Shown: positions 55,350 to 64,000 of the stretch, one piece after another | Numbering within the stretch: position 1 is the first letter of the stretch | Layout of the letters: every line of letters starts with the position of its first letter | Assembly (NCBI GenBank): GCA_963788175.1 | Contig: CAWBFZ010000001.1 | Span: forward strand, 724,804 to 788,803 | Direction of reading: 5' to 3' | Length of the DNA stretch: 64,000 nucleotides | Source of the DNA: Thermoanaerobaculia bacterium | Lineage (GTDB): Bacteria; Acidobacteriota; Thermoanaerobaculia; Multivoradales; JAGPDF01 | Notes under the pieces: generated by a model | What the model was told of the DNA's origin: nothing | What the model saw: only the letters and a program-made list of their open reading frames with translations | Database searches by the model: none | Position numbers and translations under genes: made by a program

Positions 55350-55900
55350 CCGCATCCGCCGTCCTGCCGCCAGTGAGCCCCGGGAGCCCCGGAAGTCCCG
55401 GGAGCGAGCCCTCGCCCGCCCGGCCCCGGACCCGCAAGTCGCTCTACCTGCTCATTGCGGCGGCTGTCCTCGCCCTCGATCAGTGGACCAAGTGGCTGAT
55501 CGAGTCCCACCTGCCCGAGATGAGCTCGCACGAGGTCATCCCTGGCCTCCTCCACATCTCCCATGTGCGCAACACGGGCGTGGCGTTCGGCATGTTCGCC
55601 AACGGCGGCCGCGACGGCAGCCCGTGGGTGCTGTCGCTCTTCGGGCTGGTGGCGCTCGGACTGATCGCCGTGCTCTTCTACCGCACCCCGGAGGGTGACC
55701 GCGGCCTGCTCGCGGCGCTCGCGCTCGTGCTCGGCGGCGCCGTCGGCAACCTCTTCGACCGGATGGCGAGCGGGGCGGTCACCGACTTCATCGCGGTCTT
55801 CATCGGCAGCTATCGCTGGCCCGACTTCAACGTCGCCGACAGCGCCATTTCGGTCGGGTTGGTGCTGATCCTCCTCGACTCCTTCCGCCGCCGGCCGTGA
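55346..55900 (+). CDS. lspA: Signal peptidase II
   Basis: 'DQWTK', 'NTGVAFG', 'GAVGNLFDR', 'VTDFI', 'FNVADSAI'. Confidence 0.95.
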   Translation: MTASAVLPPVSPGSPGSPGSEPSPARPRTRKSLYLLIAAAVLALDQWTKWLIESHLPEMSSHEVIPGLLHISHVRNTGVAFGMFANGGRDGSPWVLSLFGLVALGLIAVLFYRTPEGDRGLLAALALVLGGAVGNLFDRMASGAVTDFIAVFIGSYRWPDFNVADSAISVGLVLILLDSFRRRP

Positions 55901-56895
55901 GCCCGGGGAACTGGCACGTCGGCGAAGGCGAAGCGGGTGTCCGCCTCGACCGCGCCGTTGCCGCCCGTCTCGACCTGCCGCGCAACCAGATCCAGGAGTG
56001 GATTCGCGCCGGCCACCTGACGGTCGACGGCGTCGCGCAGCCGAAGCCCGGTCATCTGCTGCGGGCGGGAGAGCACATCGCCTGGAATCCGCCGGCGCGT
56101 GGCGAGTCGCGGGTGGTGGCGGAAGAGGGCGAGTTGCGGCTGCTCTACGAGGACGACGACCTCGTCGTGCTCGACAAGCCCGCCGGCCTGACGGTTCATC
56201 CCGGCGCGGGCCAGGCCACCGGAACGCTCGCGCACCGCCTGCTGGCCCGCTTCCCCGAGATGGCCGGCGTGGGCGGGCCGGGCCGTCCCGGGATCGTCCA
56301 TCGCCTGGACAAGGGCACGAGCGGCGTCATCGTCGTGGCGCGCACGGCGGAGAGCTATCGCGCGCTGACCGCGGCCTTCGCCGCGCGGCGGATCGGCAAG
56401 CGCTACCTCGCCATCGTTCACGGCACGCCGAAGCTGGCGCAAGGGACGATCGAAGCGCCGATCGGACGTCACGCCTCGGAACGCAAGAAGATGACCGTGC
56501 GGACCGACGGGCGCCCCGCCACCACCCGTTATCGCACGATCGCCTCGGCGGCCGGCCTGGCGCTCGTCGAGCTCGAGCTCCTCACCGGGCGGACGCATCA
56601 GATTCGCGTCCACCTCAAGCACCTGCGCCATCCGATCGTCGGCGACACGACTTACGGGGAGGCCCGGCACCGCGAGCTCGCGGCCGCTCCCGGGCGCACG
56701 GTGAGGGTCTTTCCACGACCGGCTCTGCACGCCTGGAGACTGGCCTTCGAGCACCCCCGAACCGGTGCGGCGATGCGCTTCGAGGCCCCGCTCGCCGAGG
56801 ACATGCATCTCCTCTGGCTCGCCCTCGCCGGCGTCGAACCGCATCTTCCCAGCGACCCCGGCGACTTCAGCGAACCCGAGCGCGAGCCGCGCTGA
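55897..56895 (+). CDS. rluD: RluA family pseudouridine synthase with S4 domain (RluD-like)
   Basis: 'RLD' S4 start, 'DKPAGLTVHP', 'GIVHRLDKGTSG', 'TGRTHQIRVH', 'LHA'. Confidence 0.88.
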   Translation: MSPGNWHVGEGEAGVRLDRAVAARLDLPRNQIQEWIRAGHLTVDGVAQPKPGHLLRAGEHIAWNPPARGESRVVAEEGELRLLYEDDDLVVLDKPAGLTVHPGAGQATGTLAHRLLARFPEMAGVGGPGRPGIVHRLDKGTSGVIVVARTAESYRALTAAFAARRIGKRYLAIVHGTPKLAQGTIEAPIGRHASERKKMTVRTDGRPATTRYRTIASAAGLALVELELLTGRTHQIRVHLKHLRHPIVGDTTYGEARHRELAAAPGRTVRVFPRPALHAWRLAFEHPRTGAAMRFEAPLAEDMHLLWLALAGVEPHLPSDPGDFSEPEREPR

Positions 56896-56900
56896 CAGCC

Positions 56901-56943
56901 AAGAAAACGGGCCCGCCTCTCCAGCGCTGGAGAGACGAGCCCG
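56901..56943 (-). terminator. Terminator-like hairpin plus U tract, near-duplicate of 58393-58438
   Basis: CGGGCTCGTCTCTCC...GGAGAGGCGGGCCCG followed by TTTTCTT on the minus strand. Confidence 0.75.
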
Positions 56944-56994
56944 GGCTCGCTGCGTCGTCGACCAGGGATCGGATCGACGCCTGCCCCGGAACGC

Positions 56995-58303
56995 TCACGG
57001 CTCCAGGCAGGGAAGAACCGGCCCGCCATCATCGAGGGTGTGGATGCAGTCGTCCGGCGCCCCGGCAGGGTCGCGTTACGTTGCCCAGCTGGATGGCATC
57101 GAAACCGACGCTCAACCGGCCCTTGGCGTCCATCACCACCGAGACCCAGTTCTGCATCAGCTGCGCAAAGGGAACCGGACTCGCGCTGACTTCGAGATTC
57201 AGGTTGAGGTAGATCCAGCCGAAGTTCGGGGTCGCCGGCAGAGCGGGGCCGCGAACCTTGGTGCGCTGCGTCTCCCAGGGAAAGGGAGTGAGGGTCTCTC
57301 CCGGATCGCAGGGTGAGATCGTGCAGCCTTCCGGCACTTCGAAGTTCTCCTCTTCGTCGAACACGACGACCTGGTTCTGGCCCAGCGGGAAAGGCGCCGG
57401 GGCCTCGAGGGCGCAGCTGAACGGCTGGACGATGCGCTTCGCATCGCGCCAGACGAGGAGGCTCGTTCCGCCGTCGAACTGACCGCCGTCGATGAAGCGC
57501 GCGGCGAAGATGTTGCCGAGGCCCTCGCGATTGTCCGCCCCGATCGCGTAACGGTAGTAGAAGGTGTAGTCCGCCGCGCCCAGCCTCGCGTCCGCCTCGA
57601 TGTGAACCAGCGTCTCGCCCTGGGCGAAATCCTGGTCGCTATCCACGTAGTAGTAATCTCCCCAGAGGACGTTCTGGTTCGTCGCGGTGCCCAGCCCGCC
57701 AGTGAGGAAGTAGCCGGGATCCTGGGGGAAGTCGGTCGAACACTCGCTGACCGCATCGACCGTGACGTAGCCGCGGGCGATGCGATCGCCATGATCGACG
57801 CCCGAGCACAGGCCATCGAAGAAGACCACGGACGCCTGGCCGGTCAGGGCGCTCTGAACATGGTCGAGGTAGGTGGCGTCGAGCGCCGGGTTGCTGTACG
57901 GCAGGATGCCGGGACAGTTGGGGAAACTCGCCTCCAGCGACGCCGGGCCCTGCGGGCTGATGCTGCCCGCCGGGTCGTTGGCCTCGTCCGCCGTCAACGG
58001 CAGGTTGCCATGCACGAGGATGTCGCGCAGGTTGAGCGTCTGCACGTCGTAGCCCGTCAGGTAGATGTTGAAGTCGAGGACATGCACCGAGAGGTCCGTC
58101 CACAGCACGACATGCGCGAGAACCGCGGCCGCCGAAGCGTTGTTGATCGACATCAAGGTGGTGACGCCGTCGGGGTTGTCGAGATCGACCTCGAAATAGG
58201 GCAACAGCAGCGTCGCCGCAGGCACGTCGTCCACCGTGCCCACAATGGCCAGGGACGGCGCAGCCAGCATCACCAAGACACATGAAATCCAGACCCTCTT
58301 CAT
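56995..58303 (-). CDS. Secreted hypothetical protein, paralog 2; frameshift near the 3' end
   Basis: Signal peptide then 'GTVDDVPAATLLLPYFEVDL'; corrected end 'DDCIHTLDDGGPVLPCLEP*' matches paralog 1. Confidence 0.85.
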
Positions 58304-58392
58304 CGCTTCATCTCCTGTTGCACGATTGGTTGGCTGGAGACTACACCAGCAGAGGCTGCCGAATCTCGTCTCCGGCGCGCCGATCCGGCCAC

Positions 58393-58438
58393 AAAAAGAA
58401 AACGGGCCCGCCTCTCCATCGAAGGAGAGACGAGCCCG
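58393..58438 (-). terminator. Terminator-like hairpin plus U tract
   Basis: CGGGCTCGTCTCTCC...GGAGAGGCGGGCCCG followed by TTTTCTTTTT. Confidence 0.8.
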
Positions 58439-58488
58439 AGTTCATTACTGGTGGATCGAAGCGTCAGCCGCCCGATCCGCCGTCAGAC

Positions 58489-59790
58489 TCAGTCGACCGG
58501 GCAGGGAAGAACCGGGCCGCCCTCGTCGAGGGTGTAGATGCAGTCGTCCGTCGCGAACTCAGGATACGTCACGTTGCCAAGCTGAATGGCATCGAAGCCG
58601 ACGCTGAAGCGACCATCCGCATCCATCACGGCCGTCACCCAGTTCTGCATGAACGGATCCCAGATGGTGCCGGTCGGGAAGTTCAGGTTGAGGTAGAGCC
58701 AGCCGAAGTTGTAGCTCGACGGAAGCGCCGAGCTGCCAACCGCAGTGCGCTGGGCCTCCCAGGGGAACGGATTGGTGGTCTGACCGGGATCGCAAGGCGA
58801 AATCGTGCAGCCTTCCGGCACTTCGAAGTTCTCGTCTTCGTCGAACACGACGATCTGACTCTGACCGAGCGGGAACGGCGAGGGCCACGAACCGCAGTAA
58901 CCGCCATGCGTGACAGATTCCTTCGCATCACGCCACACAATCATGTCCGTGCCACCGGTGAAGCCGCCGCCGTTCACATAGCGGACAGCGAACACGTTGC
59001 CGAGGCCTTCACGGTTGTCCTGGCCAGGAACCAGATCCTCGTTGCTGTAGCGATAGTAGAAGGTGTAGTTCGCGATGCCGAGGGCATCGCTGGCCTCGAT
59101 GTGCACCAGCGTCTCGCCCTGAGCGAAGTTCTGGGCCGGGTTGACGTAGAAGTAGTCGCCCCAGAGCACGTTCTCGTTCGTGACGTAGCCGGTCAGGTCG
59201 TTGAAATAACCGGTGGAATCCGGGAAGTCGATGTGGCATTCGTCGACCGTATCGACCGTGACGTAGCCGCGGGCGATGTTGTCGCCATGATCGATGGCGC
59301 CGCAGTCATCGTCCCAACCGAAGTAGGGGACGCTCTGGCCGGTCAGCGCGAGCTGAACGTAGTCGAGGTAGGTCGCATCGAGCGCCGGATTGCTGTACGG
59401 CAGCAGGACGTCGCAGAACGGATAGGACTCCGCCGGATTCGGGATCGACGCCGGGCCGACATTGCTGACGCCTTCGCCGGTGATCGGGAGGTTGCCACCG
59501 ACGAGGATGTCGCGCAGGCTGATCGTCTGCACGTCATAGCCGGTCAGGTAGACGTTGAAGTCGAGGACGTGGACCGACAGGTCCGACCAGATCACCACGT
59601 GTGCGAGAACCGAGGTGGCCGAGGCGTTGTTGATCGACATCAGCGTATTGATACCGTTTGCATCGTCGAGGTCGACCTCGAAGTACGGCAACAGCAGGGT
59701 CGCCGCCGGGACATCGTCCACCGTCCCGATGACTGCGAATGCCGGCGCCGCCAACACTGCCAACAAGCACGCTACCAACAGTCTCTTCAT
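58489..59790 (-). CDS. Secreted hypothetical protein, paralog 1
   Basis: Intact 433-aa ORF, AAAGGAG RBS, signal peptide, collinear with 56995-58303. Confidence 0.9.
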   Translation of the reverse strand: MKRLLVACLLAVLAAPAFAVIGTVDDVPAATLLLPYFEVDLDDANGINTLMSINNASATSVLAHVVIWSDLSVHVLDFNVYLTGYDVQTISLRDILVGGNLPITGEGVSNVGPASIPNPAESYPFCDVLLPYSNPALDATYLDYVQLALTGQSVPYFGWDDDCGAIDHGDNIARGYVTVDTVDECHIDFPDSTGYFNDLTGYVTNENVLWGDYFYVNPAQNFAQGETLVHIEASDALGIANYTFYYRYSNEDLVPGQDNREGLGNVFAVRYVNGGGFTGGTDMIVWRDAKESVTHGGYCGSWPSPFPLGQSQIVVFDEDENFEVPEGCTISPCDPGQTTNPFPWEAQRTAVGSSALPSSYNFGWLYLNLNFPTGTIWDPFMQNWVTAVMDADGRFSVGFDAIQLGNVTYPEFATDDCIYTLDEGGPVLPCPVD

Positions 59791-59939
59791 CTCTTCTTCT
59801 CCTTTAGAACTGCGTTAGTCAGACAACTCGAATTCTACCGTGAATCGATCCTATGAATTCAGACCTGTCGGCCCATTCATCCAGGTCGCTCCCACAGGTT
59901 TGACGGCAATCTAGGACAACTTTGATGCTTTGTCAACAT

Positions 59940-61715
59940 TTATTTTGGGGATTGCAGAGTCCATGCGGCGACCCCGCCCTTCCCCGGACAACGCAGCGGA
60001 TCATACAACGCATTGCCTTCGCCGGCGAACGACGCCACGATCTCCGGCCGGCCGTCCCGGTCGAGGTCGGCGACCCGCAGGCCGTAGCCGCGACAGTTGC
60101 CGCGCGGCTGCTGCGCCTCCGGACTCTCCTCGAGCACGAAACCGCCCCGGCCATCGCCGAGGAGGATATGCAGGAACCCGTCGTAGTCGGTGGCGACCAG
60201 ATCGGACCGCTTGTCGCCATCCAGATCCCCGGACTCGAGGGCGGAGAACGCCACCCGCCCCTCGCGGACGAATGCCGGGCGGCGCTCCCAGGCGCCGTCG
60301 CGGCGGCCGAGGTAGAGATCGATGCCGACGCGGTTCACCCCGAGCTCGAAACTGGTATACGACAGGGCGAGGTCCTGCCGCCGGTCGCCGTCGAAATCGC
60401 TGACCGCCACGGCGTTCACGTAGGCGCGCGGCCGCAGCGGCAGATCGACCGACGTCCATGGCCCGCCGACCTTCTTGCCCTGCAGGTGGAGCAGGCCCAT
60501 TCGCCCCATCGCGTTCGAAGAGGTCAGGAAGTCCGGGCTGCCATTGCCGTCGAAGTCCGCGACGGCCAGATCGTCGCCGAAGATCTCCGGCCGCTCACCG
60601 ATCTCCGCCACCGCCACCCAGGTGCCGTTTCCCTGGTTGAGATAGACCTTCGGCCCGAACACCTCCGGCGCGCCGGTGCCGCTCACCTTCCGGGAGTTGG
60701 CGGTTTCCAGGATCAGAATCCGCGGCCCCTCGCTGAAGGCGAGCAGGTCGGGCCTGCCGTCCCGGTTCCAGTCGAGGATCTCGATTCGCCGGGACGAGAA
60801 GCCCGAGGCATCGTGGCCCGGACTCGGTTTGTCGAAGTCCAGCCCGGCCGACCAGGACGAAAAGTTGCCGGCGCCATCGCCGACGAAGACCTGGACGCCG
60901 CGCAGATGACTGGCGGTGGCCAGATCGGGCTTGCCGTCACCGTTGAAGTCGGCGACCTTGACGTCGCCGTAGTCGAGCAGGCCCGACGGCACGGTCATCC
61001 GGAACGGCCGCCAGGTGCCCTTGCCGTCGCCGAGGAAGGCCTTGGGCTGATCGCCTCCGCGCCGCGTCGGACCGTGGACGAAGTCGATCTCGCCGTCGCC
61101 GTTGATGTCGGCGAGATCGAATCCGTTGCGCCACAGCCCGCTCGGCGGCAAGCCGGCATCGAAAGCCCGCAGATGCAGGCGGTCCACCGTCGTGATCGGC
61201 GCCACGAAGGTCGCGGCCGAAGCCGCGAGCTCCTCGGGAGTCGTCGCCGCGATCGTCGGACGCCGGGCAGGCTGCTCTTCGCCGACGCGATAGATCTTGA
61301 GCCAGAGGTTGACGTCATCCTCCCCGGCGAGCTCGTATTCGCCGCCGTAGGAGATCCGCACGCGGCCGCCGTCGAGGCGCTTGAAGCCTTGGCTCTTGGG
61401 CCGTTCGCGGATGAAGTACTGCCGTCCCTCGGCGTCGATCAGCCACTCGCCATCCGGGGGCTGCATCTCGGCCAGCGCCGCGGCCCGCCGGACTTGCTCC
61501 GGGGTCGTGGCACCTTCGCCTGGAGGTTCGGCAACCGGCGTCTGCGGCGCACCGGTGGAGGTCGCCCCAGACCGGCGCCGGAGCCGGAGCCGGTCTGCCG
61601 GCGTCTGGACTGCCGGCCGATCGGCGGCGATCGCGGCCGCAGTCTGCTCCAGACAGAGAACCAGACCCGGCGTCAACAGAAAGCAGAGCAGAGCTGCAAG
61701 AGTCGTTCGGATCAT
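59940..61715 (-). CDS. Secreted FG-GAP/VCBS-repeat beta-propeller protein
   Basis: Seven DxxxDGxxD-like motifs (DINGDG, DFNGDG, DWNRDG, DFDGNG, DFDGDR, DLDGDK, DLDRDG). Confidence 0.85.
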   Translation of the reverse strand: MIRTTLAALLCFLLTPGLVLCLEQTAAAIAADRPAVQTPADRLRLRRRSGATSTGAPQTPVAEPPGEGATTPEQVRRAAALAEMQPPDGEWLIDAEGRQYFIRERPKSQGFKRLDGGRVRISYGGEYELAGEDDVNLWLKIYRVGEEQPARRPTIAATTPEELAASAATFVAPITTVDRLHLRAFDAGLPPSGLWRNGFDLADINGDGEIDFVHGPTRRGGDQPKAFLGDGKGTWRPFRMTVPSGLLDYGDVKVADFNGDGKPDLATASHLRGVQVFVGDGAGNFSSWSAGLDFDKPSPGHDASGFSSRRIEILDWNRDGRPDLLAFSEGPRILILETANSRKVSGTGAPEVFGPKVYLNQGNGTWVAVAEIGERPEIFGDDLAVADFDGNGSPDFLTSSNAMGRMGLLHLQGKKVGGPWTSVDLPLRPRAYVNAVAVSDFDGDRRQDLALSYTSFELGVNRVGIDLYLGRRDGAWERRPAFVREGRVAFSALESGDLDGDKRSDLVATDYDGFLHILLGDGRGGFVLEESPEAQQPRGNCRGYGLRVADLDRDGRPEIVASFAGEGNALYDPLRCPGKGGVAAWTLQSPK

Positions 61716-61854
61716 GGCATGTGGGGTGCAAGGAGAGGCGCCGACGCCTCGCTGCACAGCTGATTCTGTCACAGTCGGGCGCGGCAGAGGACAATTTGGC
61801 ATCGATCGCGAGTGCTTCGCAAGATCTACACCAGCTCTCAAGGAGAGACTTTCC

Positions 61855-62937
61855 ATGCCCCGAGTCCAGACCCGTCGATCCACACCGCGCCTGCCAGCGA
61901 CTTCGCGCCCGATCGCTCTCCTGCTGCGCGACGCGACGCTGCTCCTCCTGGCCGGTATCCTGGTCACTTCAGGGTCACCGGCACGCGCCCAGGGCGAAGA
62001 GGTGAAGCGGCCCAAGCTGGTCGTCGCCGAGCGCGTGCACGAGACCGGCGAGATCGCGCGCGATCAGGTGGTCGATCACACCTTCAAGATCAGCAACGCC
62101 GGGAACGCCGAGCTCAAGATCGACAAGCTCATGCTGCCACCCAACCTCGAGGTCGTCAGCCGGCCGACGGTCCTGGCGCCCGGTGAGGCCGGCGAGATTC
62201 ATGTCCGGGTGCCGCTGCTCTATGACAAACCGGCGGCGCTGCTCAAGCAGATCGCTCTCAAGAGCAACGACCCCGAGGCGCCGACCACGATGCTCGAGCT
62301 GAAGATTCTCTCGACGGAATACGTGACCGCCAAGCCCGGCTATGCGCGCTGGAACTCCGTGCAGTACGAGCAGCGTGGCACGATCTCGCAACGCCTCACC
62401 GCGAAGGACGGCCAGGACTTCGCGGTGCTGCGCACCAGTTCCCCGCCGGCCGGCATCACGCTGACCGCCCCGGTCGTCAAGAAAGAGCCCGGGAGCCCGC
62501 AGGAATGGAAGATGGACCTGACTCTCGCCGAGGACGCGCCGGTCGGCGCGATCACCGGTACGGTCCTCGTCTACGTCAACCATCCCAAGCAGAGCATCGT
62601 TCCCATCCCGCTCTCCGGCTTCATGCGACCGGTCATGGCGGTCACGCCGGAGAAGCTGAGCGTCGGCGAGGTCAAGCCGACGCAGAAGTGGCTGCCGGCG
62701 ATCGTCGTGCAGAGCTTCGCGACCGCGCCGATCCACGTGACCAAGGTCGAGCACGACCTCAAGGGTTTCCCGCAAGCCACGATCGAGACCCGTACCCTCG
62801 GGCGCGAGTACAAGATCGGGATCGCCCTCGACATGGCGACCTTGCCGAAAGGCGCCTTCCGCGGGACGATGAAGATCCACACCGACAGCGCCAGAACGCC
62901 GCTTCTGATCGTCCCCATCGACGGCACGATCCCCTGA
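61855..62937 (+). CDS. DUF1573/Ig-like domain secreted protein
   Basis: 'HTFKISNAGNAELKI', 'LAPGEAGEI', 'KSNDP'; three Ig-like units. Confidence 0.75.
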   Translation: MPRVQTRRSTPRLPATSRPIALLLRDATLLLLAGILVTSGSPARAQGEEVKRPKLVVAERVHETGEIARDQVVDHTFKISNAGNAELKIDKLMLPPNLEVVSRPTVLAPGEAGEIHVRVPLLYDKPAALLKQIALKSNDPEAPTTMLELKILSTEYVTAKPGYARWNSVQYEQRGTISQRLTAKDGQDFAVLRTSSPPAGITLTAPVVKKEPGSPQEWKMDLTLAEDAPVGAITGTVLVYVNHPKQSIVPIPLSGFMRPVMAVTPEKLSVGEVKPTQKWLPAIVVQSFATAPIHVTKVEHDLKGFPQATIETRTLGREYKIGIALDMATLPKGAFRGTMKIHTDSARTPLLIVPIDGTIP

Positions 62938-63255
62938 TCAGTCGGAGATGTCGATCTGCCCATCGTGCTCGGAGCCCGCTGCGAGCACGACGCAGGCGGC
63001 GGAAAGGTCGCCGGCGACCGAACCGCCGCACAGGATCTCCACGCGCTCTTCGCCGCGCACCGGACCGCGCACTTTGCCGCCGATGGTGACGGTGCGCGCC
63101 CGGAGCGGCCCTTCCACCACGGCAACCCTGCCGACGGCGAGGTCGCCCCGGATGGCGATCTCGCCGCGGATGCACCCTTCGAATCGCAGGTCGGAATCGC
63201 AGGTCAGTTGCCCGCGGAGCTCGGTTCCGGCGGCGATGAAAGAGGCGTGGCCCAT
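62938..63255 (-). CDS. Bactofilin (polymer-forming cytoskeletal protein)
   Basis: 'GTELRGQL..DLRFEG.IRGEI', 'VEGPLRARTVTIGGKVRG' beta-helix pattern. Confidence 0.8.
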   Translation of the reverse strand: MGHASFIAAGTELRGQLTCDSDLRFEGCIRGEIAIRGDLAVGRVAVVEGPLRARTVTIGGKVRGPVRGEERVEILCGGSVAGDLSAACVVLAAGSEHDGQIDISD

Positions 63256-63377
63256 GGATCAGCCTTTCTCGACGTTCGGCGCGGCGCCTGCGCTCTGCGG
63301 CCGAAAGCGCCCGGGAAGGCTCTAAGCGAGGAGCGCCGAAGCACGGCACGCCGCCGGTCCGGCGGCGACGGAAATCA

Positions 63378-63453
63378 TGGAGCGGGCAACGGGATTCGAA
63401 CCCGCGACATCAAGCTTGGGAAGCTTGCACTCTACCAACTGAGTTATGCCCGC
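63378..63453 (-). tRNA. tRNA-Gly (CCC)
   Basis: GCGGGCA...TTCCCAA...GGTTCGAATCCC...TCCA; 76 nt. Confidence 0.95.
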
Positions 63454-63473
63454 TTGAACGACGAACCGACGAC

Positions 63474-63533
63474 AATTTACAGAAGCGACCCCGGCCCGTC
63501 AAGCGTTGCGTCGCCAAGCGTTGCCGCTATACT
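63474..63533. promoter_or_regulatory. Divergent sigma70-type promoters
   Basis: Minus: TTGACG-17-TAAATT before the tRNA. Plus: TTGCGT-16-TATACT before ATG 63543. Direct repeat CAAGCGTTGC twice. Confidence 0.55.
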
Positions 63534-63542
63534 CATTTCGCC

Positions 63543-63842
63543 ATGGCCACCTACGGCACCGACTCATCAGAGACTGCGCGCGGCGCCAGTCTCTATTTCT
63601 TCCCTGACCAGCCGGTCAGCGCGGAAGAACTGCGCCGCTTGCTGAGCGAGGGCTCGCCCGAGCGGCAAGCCTGGGCCATCTCCCACCTCCTGCGCTACGC
63701 CGACTGGGAGGACATCTGGACCTTCACCAGCCGCGACCAGGTCCGGAACCGCTTCGCCACCCTCGACCTCCCGGCGAGCCTGCGCGCGGCCTGGGCCAGG
63801 ATATTGAAGGTCGAGACGGTCGAAGTTCCCGGAACCGAGTAG
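63543..63842 (+). CDS. Small hypothetical protein
   Basis: Intact 99-aa ORF downstream of a TATACT box. Confidence 0.65.
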   Translation: MATYGTDSSETARGASLYFFPDQPVSAEELRRLLSEGSPERQAWAISHLLRYADWEDIWTFTSRDQVRNRFATLDLPASLRAAWARILKVETVEVPGTE

Positions 63843-64000
63843 GCACCTCTCCCCCGAATCCCCGTCAGGAGTCTCTTCACATGCCGACGAGCCCGGCCCC
63901 CGATTCCGGAGTCGCCGCGATGCAAAAGTCTCATGCGCTGCTGGCGCTTCTGGTCGTGGTGGCGGCGGCGCTCACCGTCTACCTGCCGACTCCTGGGGAC

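Noticed and set aside
62938-63453. Island integrated at tRNA-Gly(CCC)
   Set aside because: No duplicated 3' end (other than ordinary similarity to tRNA-Gly(GCC)) and no integrase found downstream.

Overview
High-GC bacterial chromosomal window, most consistent with Acidobacteriota, probably Thermoanaerobaculia (inferred from protein families only). Many genes at about 1-25.3 kb and 48.4-57 kb are broken by single-base indels, including normally essential ones (cysS, acpS). These look like long-read consensus errors rather than pseudogenes, so coordinates of those genes are approximate. Housekeeping content: speA, malQ, moaA, purC, dnaB-alr-mlaE-mlaF-mlaD-radA, ltaE, def-cysS-yraN, tRNA-Gly/Cys/Leu, thiE-like-acpS-lspA-rluD and tRNA-Gly(CCC). 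The best candidate for an undescribed system is at 36-41.9 kb: an MMPL/RND transporter, a PhnD-like binding protein and a TatT-like lipoprotein (a BstABC-like sterol transport trio) next to a steroid 5-alpha-reductase and an extended SDR. Other highlights: an integrase-less 3.9 kb island at tRNA-Leu bounded by a duplicated tRNA 3' end and carrying two toxin-antitoxin pairs; a shared 18-bp AT-rich motif in codon-anomalous patches inside alr and cysS; an atypical class III nucleotide cyclase; a FecR/DUF6600 protein with a prion-like 13-aa tandem repeat; tandem secreted paralogs; and many apparently leaderless promoters.
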